Translations under genes and position numbers: made by a program
Source: Planctomycetota bacterium
GTDB lineage: Bacteria > Planctomycetota > SZUA-567
DNA: 64,000 nt
Direction: 5' to 3'
Assembly: GCA_963667375.1 (NCBI GenBank)
Contig: OY763323.1
Coordinates: forward strand, 2,405,980-2,469,979
Part shown: piece after piece, positions 36,757-46,725 of the stretch
Position numbering within the stretch: position 1 is the stretch's first letter
How the letters are laid out: the number at the start of each line of letters is the position of its first letter
The notes under the pieces: model-generated
Told to the model about the DNA's origin: nothing
What the model saw: the letters and a program-made list of their open reading frames with translations, nothing else
Database searches by the model: none

Positions 36757-37025
36757 TTTTACTCCTTGATAATTGTATATACAATTTATCGGTAAAGGTA
36801 GTATTCCGTATCATTAATTATTTTGATTTAAGTATGGTTTTATGGGCGTAGACTTGAATTTTGTGCAGGCGATTATGGTGTTTTACCGGTTTGTTTTTAA
36901 ATAATAACCAGTATGTTGGGATGAGATTTTATTATTTTTGCGGTGTGGTCATTTGGATGAACAATTACTGATAATGACAATTTAGAAGCGGTGATTAAGG
37001 ATGTTGCTATTACATGATACGTTAT

Positions 37026-37721
37026 TTAGTTATCCTTCATATGGGCATTGCTGGAGTAGAGGCCGCCTACTGGGCGCTGAGGGTGGGCGGTATTGAGGGG
37101 TTTTACCTGAAAAGTACGGGTGAAGAAGAAGCTGGTGGTAGCGGTGTAGGGATTGAACGGAGTGAAGCCGTGCATGTCAACCTGGAGCAGGTTGTTCTCT
37201 CGCAGCAGCTGCATGGCGCTGGCGTATTTGCGGAATTCGGCAGCCCGGTCTGAATTATCAAAGATAATCAGTCCATCCGGCTGCAGACATTCAAGTGCCG
37301 CTAAGGTGCTCGGATATCTGAGCATGCCGTCAATAACGATGATATCGTATTTTTTCCCTGACTCATAGATTGTTTCAACATAATTATCATCCACTCCGCG
37401 GCAGATAAGCTGCAGGTTGTCTGGAGCGAGGGGCTGTATACGGTCATACCAGACACGCCTGGCCTCAAGGCTGGTTACTTCACGGGCTTTACGTGACCAG
37501 TAGAGTGAGGAGCTGCCGCAGCCGAATTCAAAGACGGATTTATCGGAAAAATCGAGCTGATCAAGGTATTCTATCGCGGGATAGGTATACCAAGGGATAG
37601 GTTCGTGGTTTTTATTGACGCAGAGCCGTTCTTTCATGCTCAACTCAAAACCGTATTCAGCAAGCAGAATCTCCGTAACCCGCTTATTGGTTTTCTCAAT
37701 ATCAATTATGCGTTCTTTCAT
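37026..37721 (-). CDS. Class I SAM-dependent methyltransferase (small-molecule/glycan type)
   Basis: Motif I VFEFGCGSSSLYW, and the post-II/III motifs DIIVIDG and DGLIIFDN. No DNA-methyltransferase (D/N)PP(Y/F) or PC motifs. Confidence 0.7.
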   Translation of the reverse strand: MKERIIDIEKTNKRVTEILLAEYGFELSMKERLCVNKNHEPIPWYTYPAIEYLDQLDFSDKSVFEFGCGSSSLYWSRKAREVTSLEARRVWYDRIQPLAPDNLQLICRGVDDNYVETIYESGKKYDIIVIDGMLRYPSTLAALECLQPDGLIIFDNSDRAAEFRKYASAMQLLRENNLLQVDMHGFTPFNPYTATTSFFFTRTFQVKPLNTAHPQRPVGGLYSSNAHMKDN

Positions 37722-37881
37722 ACCTGTCCAGTTCTGTTGTATTAATCTGATACCCTAGTTTCATGTATTTTAAGGTTTTGTCAAGGGTTGCCACTATTAA
37801 ATAATTTTTACCGGAGGTATTATCAGAGTGCAGAATAACGGAAGAAGAATATAATATAAAAAGCGGTTTTAATAATGGGAG

Positions 37882-38550
37882 ATGCTGATGACGGATAATG
37901 TATTCTGTTTGGCTGGGTGCAGTCTACTTCTGGGTGGAAAGAGGCTGTTTTCAGCGTTAAATCTGAAGATAGATAAGGGTGATTTTATTACGATTCATGG
38001 TCGCTCCGGAAGTGGGAAGTCGACTCTGATCCAGCTGCTGCTGGGTTTTCTCCAACCGACAGAGGGCAGGGTGCTCTTTAGAGGCGAGGAATATGAGCGC
38101 AAGGTGCTGGCGCAGTTGCGTGCGACGGTTGCGGTGGTGTTTCAGGAACCGGTATTGCTGGCGGAAACGGTTGAAGAGGCTATTTTGCAACCATTTGGTT
38201 TTCGCTGTAACCGGGAGCTTTATCCTGAGCGGTCTGATATTCGTTTCTGGCTGGAGAAACTTGAGCTTGAATTGACTCCGGATACTGCGGTTGCCACTAT
38301 CTCAGGCGGTGAGAAACAGCGTCTGGCGCTGGTGCGGGCATTACTGCTGAAACGCGATATTCTTATTCTGGACGAAGCAACATCAGCACTTGACAGTGCT
38401 CAGCGGGAGCTGGTTTTTAAGCTGGTCGCTCAGCTGTCGGCTGATAAGGGAATGACGGTGATTTCAGTATCACATGATCCCAGCTGGATCGCAGCATCGG
38501 AGCGAACCTTTGAAATGGGAGTTGCCGCGGTTAGGGAGGGCAGGGAATGA
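37882..38550 (+). CDS. fetA: ABC ATP-binding protein, FetA/YbbL type
   Basis: Walker A GRSGSGKST, signature ISGGEKQR, Walker B LILDEATSALD. It overlaps the UPF0014 permease gene by 4 nt. Confidence 0.8.
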   Translation: MLMTDNVFCLAGCSLLLGGKRLFSALNLKIDKGDFITIHGRSGSGKSTLIQLLLGFLQPTEGRVLFRGEEYERKVLAQLRATVAVVFQEPVLLAETVEEAILQPFGFRCNRELYPERSDIRFWLEKLELELTPDTAVATISGGEKQRLALVRALLLKRDILILDEATSALDSAQRELVFKLVAQLSADKGMTVISVSHDPSWIAASERTFEMGVAAVREGRE

Positions 38551-39344
38551 TTACTACCGATATTTCGCTTGAACGGCTTTTATTCTTTTATCTTCTGCTG
38601 CTGGTTCCGCTCGGGTTTATGTATTATCTTAAAGCGGGATTGATTCGGAAGCTGGTGCTGGCGGTATTCAGAATGACTTTGCAGCTGTTTCTGGTCGGGC
38701 TTTATCTCGGGCATTTATTCTCATACAACAGTATCTGGCTTAATATCGGCTGGATTGCGGTTATGCTGGTAGTTGCCTCAGGGCATATTATCCGCAGTGC
38801 CGGGGTTAGCTGGAGAATACTGGTAACTCCCGTACTCGCCGCGCTGACACTGGCGATGGCGGTGGTGCTGACACCACTCATAATCTATGCTGTCGCGCCG
38901 GTACCTTTGTATGATGCCCGCTACCTTATTCCTATGAGCGGGATGCTGCTGGGTAATTTCCTGTCAATGAATATAATTTCTTTGCGCTATTTTACCAGTG
39001 AACTCCGCAGTAACAGGCAGTATCTGCAGTCGGCATTCTGCTCGGGGGCGACGGTAGCGGAAGCGGTCAGGCCATTTTATCGTGAGGCGTTTGTGCGGGC
39101 TTTAACACCGATTATTACCACTACCGGTACTATGGGGTTGATTTCTCTTCCCGGAATGCTTACCGGGCAGCTTCTTGGCGGTTCTCTGCCTACGGTAGCG
39201 ATAAAGTATCAGCTGATAATTATTCTGGCGATTGTAGTGGCAGGAGCGATTAGTGTCTTTATGACTTTGAGGTTCATTTTGTGCCGATTATTTACGGTTT
39301 ATGGTAATCTTCGTGAGGATATATTTGGCACAAAAGTCAGGTAG
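38547..39344 (+). CDS. fetB: UPF0014-family ABC permease, FetB/YbbM type (putative iron export)
   Basis: 265 aa, polytopic. The N-terminal region (LLLVPLGFMYYLKAGLIRKLVLAVFRMTLQLFLVGLYLGHLF) resembles FetB. Confidence 0.7.
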   Translation: MITTDISLERLLFFYLLLLVPLGFMYYLKAGLIRKLVLAVFRMTLQLFLVGLYLGHLFSYNSIWLNIGWIAVMLVVASGHIIRSAGVSWRILVTPVLAALTLAMAVVLTPLIIYAVAPVPLYDARYLIPMSGMLLGNFLSMNIISLRYFTSELRSNRQYLQSAFCSGATVAEAVRPFYREAFVRALTPIITTTGTMGLISLPGMLTGQLLGGSLPTVAIKYQLIIILAIVVAGAISVFMTLRFILCRLFTVYGNLREDIFGTKVR

Positions 39345-39551
39345 TATGCCGGTATGAATACTTGGGAACTTAAATTTTTATGCGGAGTTTTATTTTCTTG
39401 GATATTGATTTTACTGCTATTGAGAGTATAGTATGTTTATAGCTGGCAGCAAGCTGATTATTTTGTTGCTGATTATAAGTATCCTTTAATAAAGAAGATA
39501 CGCCTGATGCTCTTCGGTTTCAGGTTGACAATCTAATACTGTCAAGTAATT

Positions 39552-39576
39552 AAAAACTACCTGCAGGGTAGTTTTT
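39552..39576. terminator. Bidirectional rho-independent terminator
   Basis: aaaaactacc-tgcag-ggtagttttt is a perfect 10-bp stem that includes the A and T runs. It lies 208 nt downstream of the fetB stop. Confidence 0.7.
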
Positions 39577-39618
39577 AATATTTTATACTGATTTTTATGT
39601 AAAGGTTAAGAGAGTATC

Positions 39619-40608
39619 GTGAAAAAGAAATTTTCACCAATAATGAATCCGGATAATAACGACTTGAATAACAGTCTGTTGTCAGATATTCCGGTAGCAG
39701 TAAAAACGGTTGATTTGGATTATAATCCGGCGAAGAGTATAATGCTGCTGTTACTGGCACTGCTCTTCTTTTCATGTATGGATTCAACAGTAAAGTATCT
39801 GACTATGCGGTATAATACACCGCTGGTGGTGGCAATACGTTATATCGTGCATTGTCTGCTCATGATTATCATACTGGCACCGACTCAGGGGCTGAAGATG
39901 ATTAAAACGCAGCGCCGGGGACTGGTTATTCTGCGTGGCGCCTGTCTGATGATTGCTTCACTGGCAGTAGGGTCGGCGTTGCGGCTTATGCCGGTGGCAG
40001 AGATGACAGCAACAGTCTTTGTTGCGCCGATGCTGGTGGTTCTGCTGGCACGTCCGGTTCTTGGGGAGCGGATAGGCATTCTGGGCTGGACCGCGGCCAT
40101 TACAGGATTTTTAGGGGTTATGCTGATTGTAAGACCGGGAGGGGGAATAAATCCCCTGGCGGTATTTTATCTTTTATTTGCCGTTCTGGGCAATGCCTTT
40201 TATCAGATCCTTTCCAGGGTTCTCGCGAAAACCGAGAATACCATACCGCTCTTATTCTATACTGCCCTTGTCGGGTCGGTCTGTTTTGGTATTGTGTTGC
40301 CCTGGTATTGGGAGGGTGAAACCCCGAGTCTGCTTATTGTGCTGCTGTTTATAAGTATCGGGGCTTCTGGAGGTATGGGGCATTATCTCTATACTCAGGC
40401 TTTCAGATATGCGCCTGCTTCCATGCTGGCACCGATGAATTACCTGCAGCTGGTCTGGGCGGCAATTCTGGGCTGGCTGATATTTGATCATATCCCTGAC
40501 ACTGTTGGAATTATCGGAATGGTTATTGTCGCTATTTCAGGCGGTTTAATCGCACTGAAATCAGTGCGTGAAAGCCGGGCTCAGAAACTGGCAAAAAAAA
40601 TAGTATAG
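39619..40608 (+). CDS. EamA/DMT-family transporter
   Basis: Ten predicted TM helices and two EamA repeats (FFSCMDSTVKYL..., LFAVLGNAFYQILSR...). GTG start at 39619; later ATGs are possible. Confidence 0.8.
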   Translation: MKKKFSPIMNPDNNDLNNSLLSDIPVAVKTVDLDYNPAKSIMLLLLALLFFSCMDSTVKYLTMRYNTPLVVAIRYIVHCLLMIIILAPTQGLKMIKTQRRGLVILRGACLMIASLAVGSALRLMPVAEMTATVFVAPMLVVLLARPVLGERIGILGWTAAITGFLGVMLIVRPGGGINPLAVFYLLFAVLGNAFYQILSRVLAKTENTIPLLFYTALVGSVCFGIVLPWYWEGETPSLLIVLLFISIGASGGMGHYLYTQAFRYAPASMLAPMNYLQLVWAAILGWLIFDHIPDTVGIIGMVIVAISGGLIALKSVRESRAQKLAKKIV

Positions 40609-40647
40609 TTTGTGGCCTGAACAATAATCCTGCCGGTAGATTATAAT

Positions 40648-41373
40648 TTATAGAGCCGGCTGCGGCTTCTGCGGGAGTTCCTGACTGAAGTGCAGGTAGG
40701 GATCAAGTTCATGTATAATCTCTTCAAATTTTTTGACTACAACCGGGTCGAACTGAGTGCCTGCACAGTTTGAAATTTCTCTCACCGCTTCATTGAAGCT
40801 CAGGCTTTTCCGGTAAGGTCTGGTGGTGGTCATGGCATCGAAAGAGTCGGCAACAGCGATTATTCTGGAATCAAAAGGTATTTTTCTGCCCTTGATATTG
40901 GCAGGATAGCCCTTGCCATCATAACGTTCATGATGGTATAAAATACTCTCGGCGATGGATGAAAGCGGGGCTACCCGGCGGATTACCGCATAACCGGCAT
41001 ACGAGTGTTTTTTTACTTCAGCAAATTCGTCATCTGTCAGTCTACCTGCTTTATTGAGAATGCTGGTAGGAACTGCAATTTTGCCGATGTCATGAAGGTG
41101 GGCCGCGATGTGAAGCTGCTGGTGTTCCAGCTCCGATCTGTCAAAGCGCCGTGAAATCTTTTCAGCTATGGCCGCAACCCGGTACGAGTGGTTTGCGGTG
41201 TATTCATCATAGAGATTCAGCAGCAGGGTGGTTGTGTCTACAAGAGTATGTATTGTAACTGAGGGTGGAATACGTACGGATTCGGTGTTGCTGGTTTGGT
41301 GATTCTGCATCGGACTGAGTATTTTGGTCAGCAGCAGGGTTAATTTGCTTTTTTCTGGTTTTGAACGTATCAT
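40648..41373 (-). CDS. HD-GYP domain protein (c-di-GMP phosphodiesterase family)
   Basis: HSYRVA, HLHDIGKIAVP, HHERYDGKGYP and the DSFDAMTTTRPY motifs. Confidence 0.9.
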   Translation of the reverse strand: MIRSKPEKSKLTLLLTKILSPMQNHQTSNTESVRIPPSVTIHTLVDTTTLLLNLYDEYTANHSYRVAAIAEKISRRFDRSELEHQQLHIAAHLHDIGKIAVPTSILNKAGRLTDDEFAEVKKHSYAGYAVIRRVAPLSSIAESILYHHERYDGKGYPANIKGRKIPFDSRIIAVADSFDAMTTTRPYRKSLSFNEAVREISNCAGTQFDPVVVKKFEEIIHELDPYLHFSQELPQKPQPAL

Positions 41374-41897
41374 GTTATTATCATTACCTCATAGTTATAC
41401 TGAATAAGGAAATTTTAATCTTCGTGTTAGTTTGTTCTAATAATGTTAGTCTCAATAATAGCAATGTCTTGAAATCAGTCAAGATAAAATTATGTTAATT
41501 TAAGCAACTGATTAAATTACAACTAATAAAGAATTACTGCAAATAAGTAAAAGTAATCATTTATTTCCTTAATAGCATTGTTATATTTTAATCTTGCAAA
41601 AATAAATATCAATAGTAAGGACTTATAATGTGTTTAATTTTTTTTAAACATTTATGGATTAATAAACATATATTTTACAAATTAAAGATATTATGGCATT
41701 TATTAATTAGTTGAAAAATTGTTATATATTTGAAATAATAGATTTAAGCAAATGTGGACTTGTCTTGGTATAGATATTTTTATACTTATATTGTTTTGTG
41801 ATTAATAAAATTAAAGGGTGTTCATAGGTAAAATAAAATGCCGGGGCTTGTGCCTTTAACCAGGTTTTATTGATAGTAGTTAATCGGGTAAGATAGT

Positions 41898-42923
41898 TTA
41901 TAGTGATCTGACGCTATCGCGGATTATCAGATCAGAACTTAGTCTTAATGTTATACGTTCCGGAATATTTTTTTTGATTCTGGAGATAATGCGTTTAATC
42001 GCAATTTGCCCCAGACGTTCCTTCTGGATACGTATTGTAGAGAGGGGCGGGCGCAGTATTGAGCAGATAGAGATGTCGTCAAAGCCGATTATTGATATAT
42101 CTTCAGGAATTTTTAAACCAAAATCCTGAATTGCACTTGAGGCGGCGATAGCAACGATGTCATTGGAAGCAATAAAGGCAGAGGGCAGTCTGCGTGTAAC
42201 TTTGAGGTGATTGAGCATATCAATTCTGCCGTCATCAATGGTGGGATTCAGCTTGAAGTAGTACTCTTCCTTAAACGTTAGTCCATGTTTGGCGAGGGCT
42301 GTCCGGTAACCTTCAAAGCGTTTCTGCATATTATGTATCCAGAAGGTACTGTTCAGAAAACCGATTTCGGTATGTCCGGCATTTATCAGATACTCTGTCG
42401 CCCGCATTGCGCCATTTACATTATCAAGATATATGGAATCAATTTTTTCATCGGTATAGAAGTCGAGTATGAGTACCGGCAGATCGGTTGATGCCGCTGT
42501 AATCATGCGGACATCCGAGTCTGTCATCTCGGTGGCAAGAATTACCAGCCCACTGAGTTCGCCATTTCTTACCGCTGAGAGCAGCGGGGTTACTCCTTCA
42601 AGTGCCTGATTGCTGATATACGAGATGTTTACCTGATAACCGCTGTCGTTGGCGGTGTTTTCCAGACCTTCTATTACCTTTGAGAAGAACTGGCTGTCTT
42701 CAATTTTAACCCGGCTGTCACGCTTGAATATAAGGAAACAGATAGTCATGGGTGTGATTTCATTTTTGTTATTCTGAGGTTTGCTGAATTCAAACCCCGT
42801 TTCTGCTATCGCTTCGAGAATACGCTGGCGGGTTTTGTCACTGATTCCAGGTTTATTATTGAGCACCATGGATATAGTCGATGGTGAAAGCCCGAGTTTT
42901 CTTGCTAAATCTTTTGCATTCAT
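41898..42923 (-). CDS. LacI-family transcriptional regulator (paralogue 1)
   Basis: HTH region MNAKDLARKLGLSPSTISMVLNNKPGIS followed by a periplasmic-binding-protein-like sugar-binding fold. Confidence 0.9.
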   Translation of the reverse strand: MNAKDLARKLGLSPSTISMVLNNKPGISDKTRQRILEAIAETGFEFSKPQNNKNEITPMTICFLIFKRDSRVKIEDSQFFSKVIEGLENTANDSGYQVNISYISNQALEGVTPLLSAVRNGELSGLVILATEMTDSDVRMITAASTDLPVLILDFYTDEKIDSIYLDNVNGAMRATEYLINAGHTEIGFLNSTFWIHNMQKRFEGYRTALAKHGLTFKEEYYFKLNPTIDDGRIDMLNHLKVTRRLPSAFIASNDIVAIAASSAIQDFGLKIPEDISIIGFDDISICSILRPPLSTIRIQKERLGQIAIKRIISRIKKNIPERITLRLSSDLIIRDSVRSL

Positions 42924-43205
42924 AGTCTTATCTCAGCAGTGATAGCTCTTGTTCCGTTAGCGTTAAGGGAGTTCTTAATCTTAGAAAATGTATATACTCC
43001 AATCTTTATAACTGGATTATTCTTGTATTATAAGTTATTTTTTATCTGTTTCAAGGAACTCTGAGATTTTAAGGGTGTGATTTGTAATTCTTCTTTTGTG
43101 CGAATGATAAAAATATCTTTAAATTTGCACAAGCTATGGCTGACTGCTGACCTTGGCGCAATAAAGTCCACGGCCAAGGTTACCTTCAATTATCCGGGGG
43201 AAGCG

Positions 43206-44264
43206 TTAATCCGCAGTATTTTCAGTGGTGCGGGCCGGTACTTTGTCTGCAACACTGTCGCGGATGATCAGGTCTGAATTCAAACGTAAGGTTATGCGCT
43301 CTGGGATCAGATTTTCTATTCGTTCCAGCAGGCGGATAACGGCTAATTTACCCATTCTTTCCTTCTGAATTCTGATTGTTGATAATGACGGATTGAGAAT
43401 AGAGCAGAAGGGGATATCGTCAAAGCCGATAATGGAAATGTCATCAGGAACTTTGAGCCCGAAATCCTGAATGGCGCTGAGTGCTGCAATCGCAATTACA
43501 TCATTTGAGGCAATGAATGCTGTCGGGAGTTTTTTGGCTTTTTTAAGGTGTTTAAGCATATCAATCCGACCGTCATCGATGGTCGGATTCAACTCGAAAT
43601 AGTATTCATCCTTGAAATCAAGGTTGTGTTTCATCAACGCGGTTTTATAGCCGTCGAAACGTTTCTCCATATTATGAATCCAGAAAGTGCTGTTGAGAAA
43701 TCCTATTTCGGTATGTCCACCGTTTATGAGATATTCGGTAGCTCGCATTGTCGCGTTGGTATTATCCAGGTAGATGGTATCAATTTTCTCGTCAGTGTAG
43801 AAGTCGAGTATTACTACCGGCAGGTCAATTGAGGCGTCGGCGATGCGCTTGACATCGGCATCGGTCATTTCGGTCGCGAGAATAATCAGACCACTGAGCT
43901 CTCCGCTGCGTACAGCGTTGAGCAGCGGTCTGACACCTTCTAGCGCATTATTACTTATATATGAGATATTCATCTGGTAGCCATAGTCATTAGCCTCCGT
44001 CTCCAGACCTTCTATCACCTTCGAGAAAAACTGGCTGTCTTCGATTTTGACCTGGATATCGCGCTTAAAAATCAGAAAACAGATAGTCATGGTATCGGCA
44101 GTGTTTTTGGTCGCCTGTGACTTGGTATATTTAAAGCCGCTTTCAGCGATGGCATCAAGAATACGCTGACGTGTCTTGGCGCTGATACCCGGTTTATTAT
44201 TGAGTACCATTGAGACGGTTGATGGGGATAACCCCAGTTTTTTAGCTAAATCTTTGGCGTTCAT
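43206..44264 (-). CDS. LacI-family transcriptional regulator (paralogue 2), translationally coupled to the FGGY kinase gene
   Basis: HTH region MNAKDLAKKLGLSPSTVSMVLNNKPGIS. About 75% identical to paralogue 1 over the first 60 aa by hand alignment. Its start at 44264 lies 1 nt after the kinase stop codon (44266-44268). Confidence 0.9.
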   Translation of the reverse strand: MNAKDLAKKLGLSPSTVSMVLNNKPGISAKTRQRILDAIAESGFKYTKSQATKNTADTMTICFLIFKRDIQVKIEDSQFFSKVIEGLETEANDYGYQMNISYISNNALEGVRPLLNAVRSGELSGLIILATEMTDADVKRIADASIDLPVVILDFYTDEKIDTIYLDNTNATMRATEYLINGGHTEIGFLNSTFWIHNMEKRFDGYKTALMKHNLDFKDEYYFELNPTIDDGRIDMLKHLKKAKKLPTAFIASNDVIAIAALSAIQDFGLKVPDDISIIGFDDIPFCSILNPSLSTIRIQKERMGKLAVIRLLERIENLIPERITLRLNSDLIIRDSVADKVPARTTENTAD

Positions 44265-44265
44265 C

Positions 44266-45759
44266 TTACACTTTCATATTAATCCCTCTTGCCTGGTTGA
44301 CGGCTTTCCGCCATCCGGCATAGAGTGTGTCTCTGGTGTTACTCTCGATACTGCAGGAAAAGGTATTTGCCGGCTTGAGGAGTTGGCTGAATTCAGAGCG
44401 GTCATTCCACATTTTGACAGTCAGTCCTCCGAGCATAGCTACTCCAAGTGCCGAAAGCTCTTCCGTTTGTGCCGGAAGAACGGCACAACCCAGCATATCT
44501 GCCTGAAACTGCATTAAAAAGTTGTTCCTGGTGGGACCGCCATCGGTACGAAGGTGACTCAATGTCATACCGGAGCCGGAGGTCATAAGTCTGACGATAT
44601 CGGTTATCTGGTATGCTATCGCTTCAAGACCGGCACGGATTATATGACTTCTTCCAGTGTTGAAACTCATACCGGATATCATTGCCCGTACCTCATTGTC
44701 CCAGTAGGGTGCTGAAAGACCGCTGAAGGCCGGTACCAGATAAACCCCTTCAGTACTGCTTACCTCCCTTGCAAATTTTTCAGCATCTTTCGGACTGTCT
44801 AGAAGTTTGAGGCTGTCAACAAGCCATTTAATAGTTGCGCCGGTACAGTTGATGTTCCCCTCCAAAACATAAACTACCTCATCACTGGTTCCCCAGCCGA
44901 TAGAACTTACGATTCCTTCGACATCTTGGGCCTGGCTGGTACCGACATTCATCATAACTGACGAGCCGGTGCCGTATGTCGCTTTAGCCATTCCCGGACT
45001 GTAGCACTGCTGTGCAAAAAGCGCTGCATGGGAATCTCCAAGTATACCTGCAATGGGAATTTTTCGCTGTATCCTGCCACCCAAATCTGTCTCTCCCCAG
45101 ATACAGTCGGAGGGTTTGACTTCAGGTAACATTGATACAGGAATGTTAAATATATTACATATATTTTCATCCCAGTCAAGGCTTGTGAGATTGAATAATG
45201 ACATTCTGGAAGCATTTGAATAGTCGGTTGCATGTACGGTACCGCCGGTTAATTTCCAGACCAGCCAGCTGTCGATAGTACCGGCAAGCAGGTCGCCTTT
45301 TTCGGCTTTTTCCCTGGCTCCTGAGACATTTTCAAGTATCCACATTATTTTGGCAGCTGAAAAATACGGTGAAAGCATGAGACCTGTCGCTTTACGGATA
45401 GCATCACGGTTTTCTGGAGTATCCAGCTGTTTGCAGAGTTCGGTAGCACGCGCACATTGCCAGACAATTGCATTATATACGGGTTTGCCGGTGGTCTTGT
45501 CCCAGACTACAACCGTCTCGCGCTGGTTGGATATTGACAATGCTTCAATCTGCCGCCAGTCAAGTTTCATGCTGTCAACCAGTTCCAGCGCGGCAGATAC
45601 CAGATTATTATAAATTTCTTCAGGGTCATGCTCGACCCAGCTTGGTTGTGGATAAAATTGTGCGTGATCTTTATTAATTCGTGTCTGTATCCGACACTCA
45701 CGGTCAATCAGGAGGGCTTTGGTAGCGGAGGTACTCTGATCAATGGTAAGAATATACAT
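44266..45759 (-). CDS. FGGY-family carbohydrate kinase (glycerol kinase-like)
   Basis: 497 aa. ILTIDQSTSATKALL, WVEHDPEEI and GTGSSVMMNVG are FGGY N- and C-domain signatures. Confidence 0.85.
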   Translation of the reverse strand: MYILTIDQSTSATKALLIDRECRIQTRINKDHAQFYPQPSWVEHDPEEIYNNLVSAALELVDSMKLDWRQIEALSISNQRETVVVWDKTTGKPVYNAIVWQCARATELCKQLDTPENRDAIRKATGLMLSPYFSAAKIMWILENVSGAREKAEKGDLLAGTIDSWLVWKLTGGTVHATDYSNASRMSLFNLTSLDWDENICNIFNIPVSMLPEVKPSDCIWGETDLGGRIQRKIPIAGILGDSHAALFAQQCYSPGMAKATYGTGSSVMMNVGTSQAQDVEGIVSSIGWGTSDEVVYVLEGNINCTGATIKWLVDSLKLLDSPKDAEKFAREVSSTEGVYLVPAFSGLSAPYWDNEVRAMISGMSFNTGRSHIIRAGLEAIAYQITDIVRLMTSGSGMTLSHLRTDGGPTRNNFLMQFQADMLGCAVLPAQTEELSALGVAMLGGLTVKMWNDRSEFSQLLKPANTFSCSIESNTRDTLYAGWRKAVNQARGINMKV

Positions 45760-45792
45760 TTTATTATACTCCCTCAGTTCGGTTGTTATCGG

Positions 45793-46725
45793 TTAAGCCA
45801 GCATTTCTCGTGCATTCTGGCAAAGATTTGCAACGGTCAGTCCATAATGCTGAAAAACTTCGGCAGAGTCGCCGGTAACTGTCTGTTCATCAGCAATTCC
45901 GAGGATACGCATTGGTGTCGGATTATTTACTGCCAGCAGCTCAGCAACCGCGCCACCCAGACCGCCTTTGGCGTAGTGCTCTTCAATGGTGATAATATGA
46001 CCGGTCTCTTCCGCCGCCTTCAGAATAATCTCTTCATCAAGTGGTTTCAGGGTATGCATGTCGATAACGCGTACTGATATATTCGCAGCTTTGAGTTCAG
46101 CAGCGGCTTTCTGAGCAATTATAACTGTTTCGCCGGTTGCGATTATGGTTAGATCGTCTCCGTCAGTCAGCAGATTCGCTTTGCCTATCTTAAAGGGTAC
46201 AGGTGAGGAGTAGACGTCTTCAACTGCTCCGCGCCCCATCCGCACATATACGGGGCCCTCGTAATCAACGAGAGCTTCTGTAAGCTGTTTAGTCTGTATA
46301 TTATCGCAGGGCAGGACTACGGTCATGCCGGCAGTAGCCCGCATCATGGCAATATCCTGCAGCGAGTGGTGAGACGTGCCGAGTGCACCATAGCTTACAC
46401 CACCACTAATGCCTATAAGCTTGACATTTGTGTTGCTGTAGGCTAGATCCACCTTGACCTGTTCAAAGCTGCGGGCTGAGATGAAGCAGGCAGGGGCACA
46501 GGCAAAGGGCTTGAGACCACCACAGGCAAGTCCGGCAGCAACGCCGACCATATTCTGCTCGGCAATACCTATTTCAATAAATTGTTCGGGGAGGGTTTCG
46601 GCAAATTCATTGAGAGTTACAGAGCCCCTTGAATCGGTAGCGAGAACCATTATTTCAGGATGGATTTTGGCTAATTCAAGAATAGTTTCAGTAAAAACTT
46701 TACGGCATGGTTTATTATTTGGCAT
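45793..46725 (-). CDS. Transketolase, C-terminal (pyrimidine-binding) subunit of a split enzyme
   Basis: 310 aa. FIEIGIAEQNMVGVAAGLA and the GxSHHSLQD motif (GTSHHSLQDIAMMRA). Confidence 0.9.
   Translation of the reverse strand: MPNNKPCRKVFTETILELAKIHPEIMVLATDSRGSVTLNEFAETLPEQFIEIGIAEQNMVGVAAGLACGGLKPFACAPACFISARSFEQVKVDLAYSNTNVKLIGISGGVSYGALGTSHHSLQDIAMMRATAGMTVVLPCDNIQTKQLTEALVDYEGPVYVRMGRGAVEDVYSSPVPFKIGKANLLTDGDDLTIIATGETVIIAQKAAAELKAANISVRVIDMHTLKPLDEEIILKAAEETGHIITIEEHYAKGGLGGAVAELLAVNNPTPMRILGIADEQTVTGDSAEVFQHYGLTVANLCQNAREMLA

Noticed and set aside
35638-37721. Nuclease-like gene plus adjacent methyltransferase read as a restriction-modification pair
   Set aside because: The methyltransferase has only the generic class I SAM fold (FEFGCGSSS, DIIVIDG). 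It lacks the DNA-MTase catalytic motifs, (D/N)PP(Y/F/W) or PC-Q. The two genes also differ strongly in base composition, so they were probably not acquired together.
43140-43185. 8-bp hairpin accttggc / gccaaggt downstream of LacI paralogue 2, considered as a terminator
   Set aside because: No U-tract follows on the relevant (minus) strand and the stem is short. I could not separate it from chance.
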